64,000 nucleotides of DNA, taken from sequence record MZ501268.1; one strand, 5' to 3'. The notes beneath the pieces are model-generated. The model had not been told where the DNA came from. It searched no databases and was given only the letters and a program-made list of their open reading frames with translations. Shown one piece after another: positions 63,401 to 64,000 of this stretch (positions are counted from its first letter, which is position 1; each line of letters starts with the position of its first letter). The translations under genes were made by a program, and so were the position numbers.

Positions 63401-64000
63401 CCACCTTTGACCAAGGTTTTCAAATTACCGCCGACACCTGCACGCAATGCACCTGCAGTACGACGACCAATCCCAGCACCCAGTCTTTTGACACCGCGAG
63501 CAGTCCCGCCAGCCAGACGACGAATCAACCCACCACGACCACGGCCGCCACGCCCACCGGTACGGCGACCCCGTCGACGACTGCGACGATCATCACCTTC
63601 ATCTCCATCGCCGAGATCATCCATGATGTCTGAGGCCGCATCAATGGCTTTCTTACCGGCCAAGATTTTACCCAGACCACCAATCAGATCACCGACCCAA
63701 CCAAGACCCAAGAACTTAGCCAATCCCCCGAGGATCCCAAACTCCTTAATCCCCGAGACCAACCCAGTCACGGACGAGAACAGTCCTGCCACTAACCCAA
63801 ACAGGGTGGTAGGTTTCTCTTTCTCTTTTCCGTTGTCATCTGCGTTGTGTGCACGCTTGGCTTCGTCTTGTTCCAGCTTCTGTTGCTTACGGCGACGCAG
63901 GAGATCGAACACCGAGTTGTTACGCACACCATCATGATCAGGATCAGCAGCATCACCACGTTTCTTATCACGCAGCATGTTCCACAATCCACGGGTTGCT
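60424..64000 (-). CDS. giant tail-associated lytic protein (phiKZ gp181-like) with a GH19 lysozyme/chitinase domain; 5' end lies beyond the window
   Basis: Frame open to the window edge; glycine-zipper GGILGGAAMGAAIG; AMLLAQTHLESGGF..EENL, GDGWKYRGRGFMQLTGKANY, VTKLINGG. Confidence 0.85.
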   Translation of the reverse strand, partial: ATRGLWNMLRDKKRGDAADPDHDGVRNNSVFDLLRRRKQQKLEQDEAKRAHNADDNGKEKEKPTTLFGLVAGLFSSVTGLVSGIKEFGILGGLAKFLGLGWVGDLIGGLGKILAGKKAIDAASDIMDDLGDGDEGDDRRSRRRGRRTGGRGGRGRGGLIRRLAGGTARGVKRLGAGIGRRTAGALRAGVGGNLKTLVKGGGIVTAGLSAFEAYSAYKEGDDAGAAEAVGSGVGGILGGAAMGAAIGSVVPVVGTAIGAVAGGAIGALGGGAIGRSLYGWFNDPGLLQQMRLRQYGVPDNDTDHVSAILKLEAALEPYVKTTDDGYASLDPKAPIAKLASGFVDDPNDRDQVESFAGWFLHRFKPVFLTHKAVAKQVLPSQSFMDLDKSTDEAAKYEIAKRAQQFDDSADHPYTFTGRVFPDLNATDRKQTEALVKDVVDRLRVKASKMTTGKSTSVFATGMSEVASKRELSGDMVKAINPTGDIPGLNTVGHKESSWFTGDRTVVSAGDILGGLLPKSGQPMDDLTALRMKVYGLPTLDVDRVSTLLQLELVMANKVKFTDSGATFDGKASDIYRLVAASFGLNPSSQWSYKSWEPWFTRRFLPAYLSFAGTVYTQTGDTRPTLAVPKMPPELKFAAATAMANAKYTDGVNAISVWTIKTSPWSTGEMNDDASIIQNHLNNLKAQVKQAQYSAEAVKGGVQQNKDGTTEKEWRKDSSGNMVNNQVKTSTGQVYTSQRQVTTYNPETGRIETAYGGGAGQGAGGASGGVDNTGKVGPIKLGPGAQEGARILIRQAVKAGITDKNEIAMLLAQTHLESGGFSKLEENLRYKAETLMKLWPNRFPSLAAAQQLATAGPVAIANAIYGGRMGNDKPGDGWKYRGRGFMQLTGKANYAAASKGMGVDLVSDPDKLSTDPEMAAKSALWYWKSRGGIEDAAKKGDLNTVTKLINGGTHGLAERGQLFKQYTDLVGTGKFDDIISGKDTSAGAQTDDASTAQTSVQQGGPDSPALSGAKTAAELTAPGASAANAAAAAPVTPPSGQGDAPALKSTTGPSVSATVSAGSSTPNAKDSTASAIDNQASTTPPPGAATTPTLNTPPQMQPTQAQVPNAPQVVAATPAPAQPVMPKESVAALSGSKDHLSSIDDKMTSLVDVLRQFIEMQMQAMSKPAAATQQPASGTGAPAVDFRRKYGNQ

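Noticed and set aside
1-64000. tRNA, rRNA, CRISPR array, integrase or transposase; chimallin or PhuZ nucleus genes
   Set aside because: None recognised by eye; tRNAscan-SE and profile searches would be needed to exclude them formally

Overview
The window is a 64 kb segment of a large lytic dsDNA phage of the phiKZ-like jumbo group (Chimalliviridae-type). The host is probably an enterobacterium, inferred from the host-like nrdB, tdk and ygiB genes and an AmsF-like beta-helix protein. No chimallin or PhuZ gene is in the window, so nucleus formation cannot be confirmed. About 1-44 kb is a mostly + strand accessory/early region. It encodes nucleotide metabolism (NrdB, thymidine kinase, a DHFR fusion, MazG, an HD hydrolase), Tpt1, HslU, a GNAT, two orphan HigA-like proteins, several paralog families and many small membrane proteins; a SNF2 helicase lies on the - strand. 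About 44-64 kb is conserved phiKZ-like core: virion proteins, RNase H, UvsX/RecA, a virion-RNAP beta C-terminal subunit, a baseplate-like gene and the 3' part of a giant tail protein with a GH19 lysozyme domain. A SLOG/Macro/NADAR-SLOG/ASCH cluster sits inside this core. The most notable observations are: (1) an unannotated 47-aa gene that looks like a free-standing NrdA C-terminal redox tail (...DCEGCKI); (2) a catalytically dead RNAP beta-prime fragment fused to a new N-terminal domain; (3) four tandem early membrane proteins sharing a [ML]FxxxxxxxEP motif behind a duplicated promoter; (4) an ADP-ribose-reversal cluster with both DarG-like and NADAR-like enzymes; (5) a recurring terminator layout of hairpin + TTATGCCG + displaced U-tract. 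I saw no tRNA, rRNA, CRISPR array, intron or transposase. All family assignments come from motif recognition by eye, not from database searches.
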